A stretch of 44,184 nt of DNA from a virus (taxonomy: Duplodnaviria > Caudoviricetes): positions 1 to 44,184 of IMG/VR virus record IMGVR_UViG_3300049167_000131; one strand, given 5' to 3'. Position numbers and translations under genes: made by a program. Of this stretch, positions 8,587 through 17,496 are shown piece after piece (position 1 is the stretch's first letter; each line of letters starts with the position of its first letter). The notes under the pieces are model-generated. The model saw nothing but the letters and a program-made list of their open reading frames with translations. It did no database searches and was not told the DNA's origin.

Positions 8587-10411
8587 CCGCGGCACGCAAT
8601 ATGCCTTGGATGTGGTTGCCGGAAAGATCACTGCCGGCCCGCATGTGCGCAACGCCTGCAAGCGCCACCTCGATGATCTGGAGCGGGGCCACGAGCGGGG
8701 CCTATATTTCGACGTCGACGAGGCCAAACGGGTCATTCGCTTCTTCGAAGAGAAGCTGAGGCTCAACGGCGGTCAGTTCGAAAGCAAGCCGTTCATTCAA
8801 GCGCCTAGCCAGTGCTTTAAGGACGCATCGATCTTCGGTTGGAAACGGGCAGACGGCACACGCCGGTTCCGCCGCGCCTACATCGAAGAAGGAAAGGGCA
8901 ACGGGAAATCGCCCTGGTCAGCAGGTGTCGGCATCTTTGGAATGCTGGCGGACAAGGAGCCCGGTGCTGAAATCTACCCGGTTGCAGCGCACCGCGACCA
9001 GGCAATGATCCTGTTCCGCGATGCTGTCGCGATGGTCGATCAATCCCCGGATCTGACAAGCCGGATCAGGCAAAGCGGCGGCCCCGGCCGGGTCTATAAC
9101 CTAGCGCATTTGAAGAGCGGGTCATTCATGCGGCCGCTCAGCCGGAGCGCCGGCAAGTCGGGCTCAGGCCTTCGCCCGCACATGGGTCTGGCTGACGAGC
9201 TGCACGAGCATCCGAACCGGGACGCGGTGGAGATGGTGGAGCGCGGCTTCAAGTTTCGCCGCCAGCCATTGCTCCTGATGATCACGAACAGCGGCTCCGA
9301 CCGCAACTCGATCTGCTACGAGGAACACGAGCACGCAGTTAAGGTGGCTGCCGGGACGCTGACACCTGGTGATGACTTCGCCTATGTTGGCGAGCCCATC
9401 GACGATACGACGTTCTCGTTTGTCTGTGCGTTAGATCCGGGTGACGACCCCCTCAATGATCCGAGCTGCTGGGTTAAGGCCAACCCGCTGCTGGGGACCA
9501 TTCTGACGGAAGAGTACCTGGCCGGGGTAGTGGCGCAGGCCAAGGCGCTACCCGGCAAGCTCAACGGCATTCTCCGGCTTCACTTCTGCGTCTGGACCGA
9601 TGTCGATACCGCGTGGATGTCACGGGCGGTCCTCGAGCCATGCTTGGCAGACTTCGATCCGGTGATTCACCACGGAAAGCGGATCGCTCAAGCGATCGAC
9701 CTTTCTCAGAGCCGGGACATCACCGCCAAGGCGTCTGTGGTGGAGACCGGCAGCGTCGAAGTGGAGGTTGAGGTCGACGGCGAGAAAAAGGTCGTGCTCA
9801 AGCCGACTTATGACGCTTGGATCGATGCGTGGACACCCGGGGATACGATCACCGAGCGGGCATTGCGAGATAAGGCGCCGTACGATGTTTGGGCGCGCGA
9901 AGGTTATCTGAACGCGCCCCAGGGCCAGAGCATCCGGTTCGATCACGTGGCGCAGTCGCTGGCGGATGACGACCGAGACTTCGACATCGGCCTGGTCGGG
10001 TATGACCGATATGCGTTCCGCCGGTTTGAGGAAGAAGTCGCCAAGCTCGGGCTGTCGATCCGGTTTGTCGAGCACCCGCAGGGCGGCACCAAGAAGGGCA
10101 AGCCGACCGCGGAGATGATTGCGGCGGCCAAGGCCGCGCAGCGTGAGCCGGAAGGCTTATGGATGCCAGGCTCCCTCCGGGCCCTTGAAGAAGCGATGCT
10201 TGAGGGCCGGATACGCCTGCGGCGAAACCCGGTTCTGATTTCCGCCATCATGTCGGCGGTCACCGATGAAGACCGCTGGGAAAACCGCTGGCTCGCCAAA
10301 GATCGAGCGACGAACAAGATCGATGCCGCAGTGGCCCTGGCGATGGCGCTGGGCGTGGCCTTGGCCATGAATGCGACCCGGCCGCCAGACTATCAGATCA
10401 TGGTTATCTAG
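8546..10411 (+). CDS. terL: Terminase large subunit
   Basis: Walker A GKGNGKS, Walker B LADELHEH, ITNSG coupling motif, C-terminal KIDAAVALAMA. Confidence 0.96.
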   Translation: MARTKSPTSSSATDRGTQYALDVVAGKITAGPHVRNACKRHLDDLERGHERGLYFDVDEAKRVIRFFEEKLRLNGGQFESKPFIQAPSQCFKDASIFGWKRADGTRRFRRAYIEEGKGNGKSPWSAGVGIFGMLADKEPGAEIYPVAAHRDQAMILFRDAVAMVDQSPDLTSRIRQSGGPGRVYNLAHLKSGSFMRPLSRSAGKSGSGLRPHMGLADELHEHPNRDAVEMVERGFKFRRQPLLLMITNSGSDRNSICYEEHEHAVKVAAGTLTPGDDFAYVGEPIDDTTFSFVCALDPGDDPLNDPSCWVKANPLLGTILTEEYLAGVVAQAKALPGKLNGILRLHFCVWTDVDTAWMSRAVLEPCLADFDPVIHHGKRIAQAIDLSQSRDITAKASVVETGSVEVEVEVDGEKKVVLKPTYDAWIDAWTPGDTITERALRDKAPYDVWAREGYLNAPQGQSIRFDHVAQSLADDDRDFDIGLVGYDRYAFRRFEEEVAKLGLSIRFVEHPQGGTKKGKPTAEMIAAAKAAQREPEGLWMPGSLRALEEAMLEGRIRLRRNPVLISAIMSAVTDEDRWENRWLAKDRATNKIDAAVALAMALGVALAMNATRPPDYQIMVI

Positions 10412-10421
10412 GAGGTTCGCA

Positions 10422-11078
10422 ATGCAGAACCGCGCTTACAGCTTCCTGCAGATCAAGTCGGTCGACGAAGACAACCGGGTGATCCGCGGCATCGCGACCA
10501 CACCCACCGTCGATCGCGTGGGCGACATCATCGACCCACTCGGGGTGAAGTTCCAGAACCCACTGGCGTTCCTGTGGCAGCACCAGCACGATAAGCCGAT
10601 TGGGTCGGTGAAGTTCGAAAAGCCCACGAAGGACGGCATCGCCTTCGAAGCGACCGTGGCGAAGAGCGACGAGCCTGGCAGGTTGAAGGACCGGCTCGAC
10701 GAAGCCTGGCAGAGCATCAAGCTGAAGCTGGTAAAGGCTGTGAGCGTCGGCTTTCGCCCGATCGAATACAGCTTCATGGACAACGGCGGCATCCGGTACT
10801 CGGAGACCGAAGTCTACGAGCTGAGCGCGGTGACCATTCCGGCTAACGCCGATGCTCTGATCACCGAAGTTAAGTCGATGGGAGACGCTGCCTACATGCG
10901 CGTCATCAAGGCTATCGACGCGGAGGTCCGCCACGAGGCGGGCATTCCCGACCCTGAAATTCCGCAGAACGACGAGCCTGCCGCGATCGGCAAGACCGTG
11001 CGCGTCGTGAAGCTGGATGCGCCTGCCCGCGACCGGGCAAAACCCTTCGTCATCAAGAAAATCAAACGGACGACGTAG
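10422..11078 (+). CDS. HK97-family prohead protease
   Basis: GIATTPTVDRVGDI, LWQHQHDKPIG, VSVGF, ELSAVTIPAN; AGGAGG RBS. Confidence 0.92.
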   Translation: MQNRAYSFLQIKSVDEDNRVIRGIATTPTVDRVGDIIDPLGVKFQNPLAFLWQHQHDKPIGSVKFEKPTKDGIAFEATVAKSDEPGRLKDRLDEAWQSIKLKLVKAVSVGFRPIEYSFMDNGGIRYSETEVYELSAVTIPANADALITEVKSMGDAAYMRVIKAIDAEVRHEAGIPDPEIPQNDEPAAIGKTVRVVKLDAPARDRAKPFVIKKIKRTT

Positions 11079-11136
11079 TACCAACCTGATTGCCCACGCT
11101 GTGAAGCGTCGGCCGTCCCTTCGCGGGAATTTTCAC

Positions 11137-12528
11137 ATGAACTATGCAGAACAGGTTTGCGCCTTTGAAGCGCGCCGCAAGACGCTCATCGATGCCAACT
11201 CCGCGATCATGGAGAAGGCCGCCGAGGAAGGCGCCACGCTCGATGCCGCGCAGAAGGAAACCTTCGACGGCAACGAAGCCGACGTGAAGGAAATCGACGA
11301 GCATATCGGTCGACTGAAGACGATGGAGACGGTGGCGCTTGCCAAGGCAGTTCCGGTCGCCGGCGGCAACGCCGCGGACGCATCGGCGTCGCGCGGCGGC
11401 ACCCGGATCGAAGTCAAGGGCACGAACCTGCCGAAGGGCACCGCTTTCACGCGGTACGCGATGGCTCTGGCTCGTTCCAAGGGCAATCTTATGCAGGCTG
11501 CCGAGATCGCCAAGCAGTGGGACGATACCCCCCAGGTCGAGACGGTGCTGAAGGCGGCGGTAGCCGCCGGCACCACTACCGATTCAGACTGGGCGAAGCC
11601 CCTCGTCGAATACCAGAACATGGCTGGCGAATTTGCCGAACTGCTCCGCCCGGCAACCATTATCGGCCGCATTCCGGGGCTGCGCCGCGTGCCGTTCAAC
11701 ATCAAGATCCCTCGTCAGACCGGCGGTTCGTCGGTTGGTTGGGTTGGCGAAGGCAAGCCGAAGCCGGTCAGCGCGCTCGCGTTCGACCAGATCACGCTCG
11801 GTATGGCGAAGACGGCGGGTATCGTCGTCATCACCGACGAGTTGGCGCGTTCGTCCAGCCCCGCTGCCGAGGGCGTGGTTCGCGACGATCTCGTTGCCCA
11901 GACCGCGCAGTTCCTCGACAGCCAGTTCGTGGATCCTGCCAAGGCCGCGGTGGCTGATGTCTCCCCGGCCTCGATCACCAATGGTGTGACCCCTGTGGTG
12001 GCGAGCGGCACGGACGCTGATGCGGTTCGCGCCGATGTGATGGAACTGATGGGCAAGTTCATCACCGCGAACCTCTCCCTCGCAGGCGCCGTCTGGATCA
12101 TGACGGAGATGCAGGCCCTCGGCCTGGCGCTGATGCTGAACCCGCTGGGTCAGCCGGAATTCCCCGGCATCCAGATCAACGGGAACAGTGGCGGCACGTT
12201 CTTCGGCCTGCCGGTTGTGCTGTCGGAAAACATCCCTGCCAACGCGGGCGCGGGAGACCCCGTCGTGGGCGCTGGCGCACGTATCATTCTGGCGAAGGCC
12301 AGCGAGATCCTTCTCGCGGACGATGGTCAAACGATGCTTGATGTCAGCAGCGAGGCGTCGCTCCAGATGGATAGCGCCCCGAGCGATCCGGTTACTGCCT
12401 CGACGGTGCTTGTTTCGCTCTGGCAGCACAACATGATCGGCATCCGGGCTGAGCGGTACATCAACTGGGCGAAGCGTCGTGCGGGCGCCGTCCAGTACAT
12501 CGACAGCGCGGCTTACGGCACGACCTAA
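11137..12528 (+). CDS. HK97-fold major capsid protein with N-terminal delta domain
   Basis: Coiled-coil N-terminus; IPRQTGGSSVGWVGEG; SLWQHNMIGIRAER. Confidence 0.93.
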   Translation: MNYAEQVCAFEARRKTLIDANSAIMEKAAEEGATLDAAQKETFDGNEADVKEIDEHIGRLKTMETVALAKAVPVAGGNAADASASRGGTRIEVKGTNLPKGTAFTRYAMALARSKGNLMQAAEIAKQWDDTPQVETVLKAAVAAGTTTDSDWAKPLVEYQNMAGEFAELLRPATIIGRIPGLRRVPFNIKIPRQTGGSSVGWVGEGKPKPVSALAFDQITLGMAKTAGIVVITDELARSSSPAAEGVVRDDLVAQTAQFLDSQFVDPAKAAVADVSPASITNGVTPVVASGTDADAVRADVMELMGKFITANLSLAGAVWIMTEMQALGLALMLNPLGQPEFPGIQINGNSGGTFFGLPVVLSENIPANAGAGDPVVGAGARIILAKASEILLADDGQTMLDVSSEASLQMDSAPSDPVTASTVLVSLWQHNMIGIRAERYINWAKRRAGAVQYIDSAAYGTT

Positions 12529-12536
12529 GTCGACTG

Positions 12537-12571
12537 AGCGGGCCGGGGGAAGCCTCGGCCCGCTTTCCTTT
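12537..12571 (+). terminator. Intrinsic terminator after capsid gene
   Basis: AGCGGGCCGGGG-GAAG-CCTCGGCCCGCT hairpin followed by a T-rich tail. Confidence 0.7.
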
Positions 12572-12585
12572 CACGGGGGTCTCCG

Positions 12586-12816
12586 ATGAAACACCAAGGC
12601 TACTTCACGCGAGCCCTAAAGGCGCGCGACCCAAGGTTCGCCCGAATCTTCGGGAAATTGGGCTACAGCACCACCGACCTTGTCCCCGAGGACGCTCCGC
12701 CCGACATTGGCGAGCTGCGCGCCCTTTACGAGAAGGTACTTGGTAGGCGCCCCTTCAATGGATGGGATGCAGAGACGCTTCTCGCCAAGATCGCTGAAGG
12801 TCGGGCCAAGAGCTGA
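12586..12816 (+). CDS. Small head-module protein
   Basis: 76 aa, GGGGG RBS, TGATG coupling to portal; LRALYEKVLGRRPFNGWDAETLLAKI helical motif. Confidence 0.75.
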   Translation: MKHQGYFTRALKARDPRFARIFGKLGYSTTDLVPEDAPPDIGELRALYEKVLGRRPFNGWDAETLLAKIAEGRAKS

Positions 12817-14177
12817 TGCGCGTTCTCGGGCTGTCCATCACGCGGGAAAAAGCGGCATTTGCTTCTGTGCCTGAGGCCCGTGGTGGTTGGCGCACGATCT
12901 ACGAACCCTTTGCCGGGGCTTGGCAAAAGAACGTCGCAGTAGACCAGCAGGCTGTGCTGGCTTTCCATGCGGTCTTCGCTTGCATGACGCTGATCGCCAG
13001 CGACATCGCGAAGCTGCGGGTCAAGCTGGTAGCGCAGGACAGGGACGGAATTTGGAGCGAGACCGCCAACCCGGCTTATTCGCCCGTGCTGCGGAAGCCG
13101 AACCGGTATCAGACGCGTATCCAGTTCTGGGAAAGCTGGATCTTGTCGAAGCTCGCGCGCGGCAACACCTACGTCCTGAAGCAGCGCGACAACCGGAACG
13201 TGGTGACGGCGCTTTATGTGCTTGATCCGACCCGCGTGCGTCCACTGCTGACGCCGGCCGGCGCGGTCTATTACGAGCTCAAAGCCGACAACTTGGCATC
13301 GCTGCAGGATGACGTGGTTATCGTTCCCGCGAGCGAGATCATCCACGACCGCTTCAATTGCCTGTTTCATCCGATGGTGGGCATCTCCCCGATATACGCC
13401 AACGGCCTCGCCGCAACGCAGGGCCTTCGAATCCAGAACAACAGTGCCAACTTCTTCGGCAATGCATCCAAACCTGGCGGTCTGCTAGTCGCCCCAGGTC
13501 GTATCGATCCCGACAATGCCACCCGGCTAAAGACTTATTGGGATACCAACTTCACCGGGGACAATGCGGGTAAGATTGCCGTTCTGGGTGATGGCCTGCA
13601 ATATGTGCCACTCGCCACCAACGCGGTCGAAGCCCAGCTGATTGAGCAACTGAAGTGGACTTCGGAAGTCGTCTGTTCGACCTTCCATGTGCCCCCATAC
13701 AAGATCGGCGTGGGCGCCCTGCCCAGCTACAACAACGTCCAGGCCCTTAACGTCGAGTACTACAGCCAGTGCCTGCAGTCGCTGATTGAGGCGGCGGAAC
13801 TGTGCCTCGATGAGGGTCTTGCAACCGGCGAGAAGTTAGGAACCGAATTCGACACCGAAAACCTGCTCCGCATGGACAGCGTCACCCAGATGCAAGTTCT
13901 CAAGGACAGCGCCGGGATCCTCTCGCCTGATGAGCAGCGCGCCAAGCTCGATAAGAAGCCGGTGCCAGGCGGCAAAAGCCCGATGGTACAGCAGCAGAAC
14001 TACTCGCTGGCGGCACTGGCCAAGCGCGATGCGCAGGACGACCCGTTCGGGTCGGCCGCCCCTGCGCCCTCCGCCCCAGCCAACGACGACGAACCCACCG
14101 ACGCCGAACGAGCGCAGCAGCGCGCCGCGAACATGGCCTTGCTCGAGAAGCGTGTCCGGGAGCGCCTGAATGCTTGA
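12816..14177 (+). CDS. HK97-family portal protein
   Basis: AVFAC...IASDIAKL, KPNRYQT, GNTY, GISPI, FHVPPYKIG motifs. Confidence 0.95.
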   Translation: MRVLGLSITREKAAFASVPEARGGWRTIYEPFAGAWQKNVAVDQQAVLAFHAVFACMTLIASDIAKLRVKLVAQDRDGIWSETANPAYSPVLRKPNRYQTRIQFWESWILSKLARGNTYVLKQRDNRNVVTALYVLDPTRVRPLLTPAGAVYYELKADNLASLQDDVVIVPASEIIHDRFNCLFHPMVGISPIYANGLAATQGLRIQNNSANFFGNASKPGGLLVAPGRIDPDNATRLKTYWDTNFTGDNAGKIAVLGDGLQYVPLATNAVEAQLIEQLKWTSEVVCSTFHVPPYKIGVGALPSYNNVQALNVEYYSQCLQSLIEAAELCLDEGLATGEKLGTEFDTENLLRMDSVTQMQVLKDSAGILSPDEQRAKLDKKPVPGGKSPMVQQQNYSLAALAKRDAQDDPFGSAAPAPSAPANDDEPTDAERAQQRAANMALLEKRVRERLNA

Positions 14178-14937
14178 AATCGAGGACATCGCCGAAGTGG
14201 TCGCGGTCGCCGTGCGCGAAGCTACTGGGCCCCTCCTTCTGCGGATCGACGCGCTCGAAAAGCGGGAGATGCCATTGCTCGAGAAGGGTGAGCCTGGCGA
14301 ACCGGGTCGGCCTGGGGAACCCGGCGCACCGGGCGAAGTCGATATGGATGCTGTGCGCCGGATGATCGGTGATGCCGTTTCATCCCTGCCACCAGCGGAA
14401 AAGGGTGAGCCCGGCGAACCGGGCCGTGACGTGGACATGGGGGAAGTCGTCACCAGAATTGAAACGGCTGTGAGTGCAGCTGTGGCGGCCCTTCCTGCTC
14501 CGAAAGCCGGCGACCCTGGCAAAGACGGGATCGGGCTCGCCGACGCGCTGCGTGACGCCGAAGGCCATCTGATCCTGGTGATGACCGACGGTCGGACCAA
14601 GAGCCTCGGCCTGGTCAACGGCAAGGATGGTGAACCCGGCCGCGACGGCTTGGGCTTCGATGACCTACAGGTTGAGCAGATCGGCGAACGCACTGTGCGT
14701 TTCCTGCTCAAGCGCGACGCGGGGGAAGCTGAGTTCGACGTGACCTTCCCCGTTCCGATTTATCGCGGCGTATTTAAGGAAGGCGAGCCCTACGAGGCGG
14801 CCGACCTGGTCACCTGGGCAGGGAGCCTATGGCACTGCAACGAGCCGAAGGGCCTGAAGCCGGGCGCTCCGGACAGCGGCTGGCAGCTCGCGGCGAAAGC
14901 CGGGCGCCCGGGTAAGGATGCTGCAAAATGCCCCTGA
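14170..14937 (+). CDS. Collagen-repeat (Gly-X-Y) virion protein
   Basis: Several GEPGEPGRPG/GKDG stretches; C-terminal YRGVFKEGEPY...VTWAGSLWHC domain. Confidence 0.75.
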   Translation: MLEIEDIAEVVAVAVREATGPLLLRIDALEKREMPLLEKGEPGEPGRPGEPGAPGEVDMDAVRRMIGDAVSSLPPAEKGEPGEPGRDVDMGEVVTRIETAVSAAVAALPAPKAGDPGKDGIGLADALRDAEGHLILVMTDGRTKSLGLVNGKDGEPGRDGLGFDDLQVEQIGERTVRFLLKRDAGEAEFDVTFPVPIYRGVFKEGEPYEAADLVTWAGSLWHCNEPKGLKPGAPDSGWQLAAKAGRPGKDAAKCP

Positions 14938-15209
14938 CGGTCGAAGAGATGAAGCGGCACCTGCACATCCTTCACGAGGACGACGACCTCCAGCTCGCGG
15001 ACCTTATTGCCTGGTCGGCTGCTGAGATCGTCCGTTTCGCGGATGAAGACAACGACGCGGCAGCATCAGGACTGAACCTCGCGCAGATCATCCTGATCCG
15101 GTGGCGGTATTACCCCGACGAAGAAGTGGAGCTAGACGACATCTACAACATGCCTCGCGCCTTCGTGGCGCTCATGGCCGGCTCTTATCGCACGCCGACT
15201 TTGGCATGA
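14928..15209 (+). CDS. Head-tail connector (gp6-like)
   Basis: LTVEEMKRHLHILHEDDDLQL pattern and position. Confidence 0.8.
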   Translation: MPLTVEEMKRHLHILHEDDDLQLADLIAWSAAEIVRFADEDNDAAASGLNLAQIILIRWRYYPDEEVELDDIYNMPRAFVALMAGSYRTPTLA

Positions 15210-15532
15210 AGCCGCTGTTCTTTGGCGAGCGCATCACGCTCGCCCGCTACACAGCCACCCAGGATGCAGCCGGCGAGGAAGTCCAGTCTTGGGTACCCCT
15301 TGGCGATGAGCGCGCCCAGGTCGTCTACGGGCGCGGGCAGGAGCGGCGCCAAGCCGCAACGGAGCAAGGCGAACAAGCCGCCACGTTTCGGATGCACTCC
15401 AATGCAAGAACCAGGGGACTCCTGGTCAGCGATCGGATCACCCACCAAGCCACCAGTTGGGACATCGAAGGCATAGCGCTCGACACGCCGAAACGTGGCC
15501 TGGTCGAAATCACGGCCACGAGGGCAACGTGA
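15206..15532 (+). CDS. Head closure / head-tail adaptor
   Basis: ERITL...QDAAGEEVQSW...DRI...WDIEGI; ATGA overlap. Confidence 0.8.
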   Translation: MKPLFFGERITLARYTATQDAAGEEVQSWVPLGDERAQVVYGRGQERRQAATEQGEQAATFRMHSNARTRGLLVSDRITHQATSWDIEGIALDTPKRGLVEITATRAT

Positions 15533-15972
15533 AGCAGACGCTCCGGAACTTTGACGAGCTTGAGCGCGCGCTGGCCGAGGAACTTCCGAAGGCCACGGCG
15601 AAGAATGTTCTTCGTAAGTCGATGATCGAAGCGATGAAGCGCATCGAGGACCGGGCCAGGGAACTGGCGCCGGCCGAAGATGGCCAGCTGTGGGATTCGA
15701 TCACCACCAAGGTCGCAAGGTCCAAGCGAGTTTCGCGCACCCAGTACGCGCAGTCGAGCGGCGTCACGGTCGAGACCGGCCCCACGGGGCGGCCAGAAGG
15801 CGGGAACGCTGCTTGGCAGGAGTACGGCACGGTCAACATGCCGGCGAACCCTTTCATGCGGCCGGCATCTGACAGCGAGTCCCAGAACGTGGTCGACGAT
15901 GTGATCACGGTGCTGACTGAGCAAGTTGAGAAGGCAAAGGCGCGGATCGCGCGCAAGGCTGCGAGGCGCTGA
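15529..15972 (+). CDS. HK97 gp10-like tail completion protein
   Basis: APAEDGQLWDSI and QEYGTVNMPANPFMRPA; GTGA overlap. Confidence 0.85.
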   Translation: MKQTLRNFDELERALAEELPKATAKNVLRKSMIEAMKRIEDRARELAPAEDGQLWDSITTKVARSKRVSRTQYAQSSGVTVETGPTGRPEGGNAAWQEYGTVNMPANPFMRPASDSESQNVVDDVITVLTEQVEKAKARIARKAARR

Positions 15973-15975
15973 CAC

Positions 15976-16386
15976 ATGGCTGATGTCGCCACGGCAATGT
16001 TCACGCGCCTCTCCAGCGATACCGAGATTGCCGCAGTCGTCGTGAGTGGCGGCAAGAAGCGCATCTACCCGACCATCGTGCCGCAGAAAACGCCGCGGCC
16101 GTACATACGGTATCAGACGATCAGCGACCCGCGTCCCGAGGATCTCGACGACTATACCACCTCGCGCGTGGTGCGGTTTCAGCTTGATTGCTTCGCCGAC
16201 ACCTACCTCGCCGCGCGCGACTTGGCCGAGCGGGTCATCAACGCCACCTCGTCGCCGGCCACGGTCGACGGCGTAGTGTTCGGCCGCACCAAGGCTGAAG
16301 GGCCACGCGATCTCGGCGAGGACGTGGCCGGCACATGGATTCACCGCGCCAGCTTGGATCTGCTGGTCGAATTCCGGTTGGTTTGA
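15976..16386 (+). CDS. Tail terminator (DUF3168-like)
   Basis: RIYP...PQ...PYI.YQ.IS...FQLDCFA pattern. Confidence 0.8.
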   Translation: MADVATAMFTRLSSDTEIAAVVVSGGKKRIYPTIVPQKTPRPYIRYQTISDPRPEDLDDYTTSRVVRFQLDCFADTYLAARDLAERVINATSSPATVDGVVFGRTKAEGPRDLGEDVAGTWIHRASLDLLVEFRLV

Positions 16387-16409
16387 AGATCCGCCTCAGG
16401 AGAACCTAA

Positions 16410-16865
16410 ATGCCAGAAACTGTCAGCCCCTCTGTGGGCTATAAGGACGAATTCCATCTTTACGATGGAACCGCTCTCTACAAGCTGCGCGGAGTAACGG
16501 GCTTCGATGTCCCGACAGGCGGCACGCGCGAACAGGTCGATGTCACTGACTTGGACGCTGAGGACTGGCGCCGCCAGTTCATCAGCACCTTCTATGAAGC
16601 CGAGGACATCACGGTCTCGCTCAACTATCGGCCGCTGTCTGATACTGACACGAAACTGAGCGAAGCGCGCGATGCTGATGATGTCCGCGCATTCCTGGCA
16701 GTGTTGGCCGTCCAGGGTATTCGAGTGGCACAGGTGGGCGGCACTTGCCGGTGTACCGGTTACGGGCCCGATCGCATCTCGGTCGGTGATGTGAAGACCG
16801 CGACGGCGTCCTTCCGGATCGTCAGCGTCGACACCCTGGAAACCTATGAGGAGCCAACCCCGTGA
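16410..16865 (+). CDS. Major tail tube protein
   Basis: AGGAG RBS; REQVDVTDLD...RQFI motif; position. Confidence 0.75.
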   Translation: MPETVSPSVGYKDEFHLYDGTALYKLRGVTGFDVPTGGTREQVDVTDLDAEDWRRQFISTFYEAEDITVSLNYRPLSDTDTKLSEARDADDVRAFLAVLAVQGIRVAQVGGTCRCTGYGPDRISVGDVKTATASFRIVSVDTLETYEEPTP

Positions 16866-17248
16866 CCAACTCGGTCAAGGGCGAGGTTCCCCTCAAACTG
16901 AAAGATGGCCGCGAGTTCGTGCTCGTCATGGACTTCGACATGCGAGTGAAGGTCGAAGACCTGTACGAAAAGCCGTTCGCCGAGGTGGCGCAAAAGGCCG
17001 CGGCTGGCTTTCACGGCGCGATCCGTGCGCTGTTCTGGGGCGCCCTGCAGAAGCACCATGCCGAGCTTACCATGGGCGACGTAACCGCGCTTATCGAGTC
17101 GCACGGTGACGAGCTGGAAGCAGCGATGACGCGTGCTGCAGTTGCAGCGATCGGCGAGGGTAAGAACAGCCCGCACCCTCCGGAGAAGCCCAGCACCAAA
17201 CGCCGAGCTGGGACGATCTCTGGCGGCAATGGTGCGAAGCGGGCCTAG
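16862..17248 (+). CDS. Tail assembly chaperone (gpG-like)
   Basis: NSVKGEV..., IRALFWGALQKHH; lies between tail tube and tape measure genes. Confidence 0.8.
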   Translation: MTNSVKGEVPLKLKDGREFVLVMDFDMRVKVEDLYEKPFAEVAQKAAAGFHGAIRALFWGALQKHHAELTMGDVTALIESHGDELEAAMTRAAVAAIGEGKNSPHPPEKPSTKRRAGTISGGNGAKRA

Positions 17249-17496
17249 ATCCCGAGGCGTTCTGGCAACAGACGCCGCGGACTTACGCACTCATCGTTCG
17301 GTCCCGCATCGGCCGGGATGTCGCCGGCGCCTGGCGCTTTGCCAACTTCTCCCGCGCAGAGAAACTCCAAAACCTTGATCACTACCTGAAGCCGCTCGCT
17401 GATCCTGAGCAGCAGCGGTCGGCGGGTGCGCTCCGGGTTCTGGAGCTCTTCAAGCACATGAAAACGAAGAAGGAGGCGGGCAATGGCCCTCGGTGA
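17164..17496 (+). CDS. gpT-like chaperone extension in the -1 frame (frameshift product)
   Basis: Frame with no start codon near its 5' end reads WDDLWRQWCEAGLDPEAFWQQTPRTY...GNGPR*; begins at GGGTAAG (17158-17164); overlaps the TMP start. Confidence 0.75.
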   Translation, partial: EQPAPSGEAQHQTPSWDDLWRQWCEAGLDPEAFWQQTPRTYALIVRSRIGRDVAGAWRFANFSRAEKLQNLDHYLKPLADPEQQRSAGALRVLELFKHMKTKKEAGNGPR

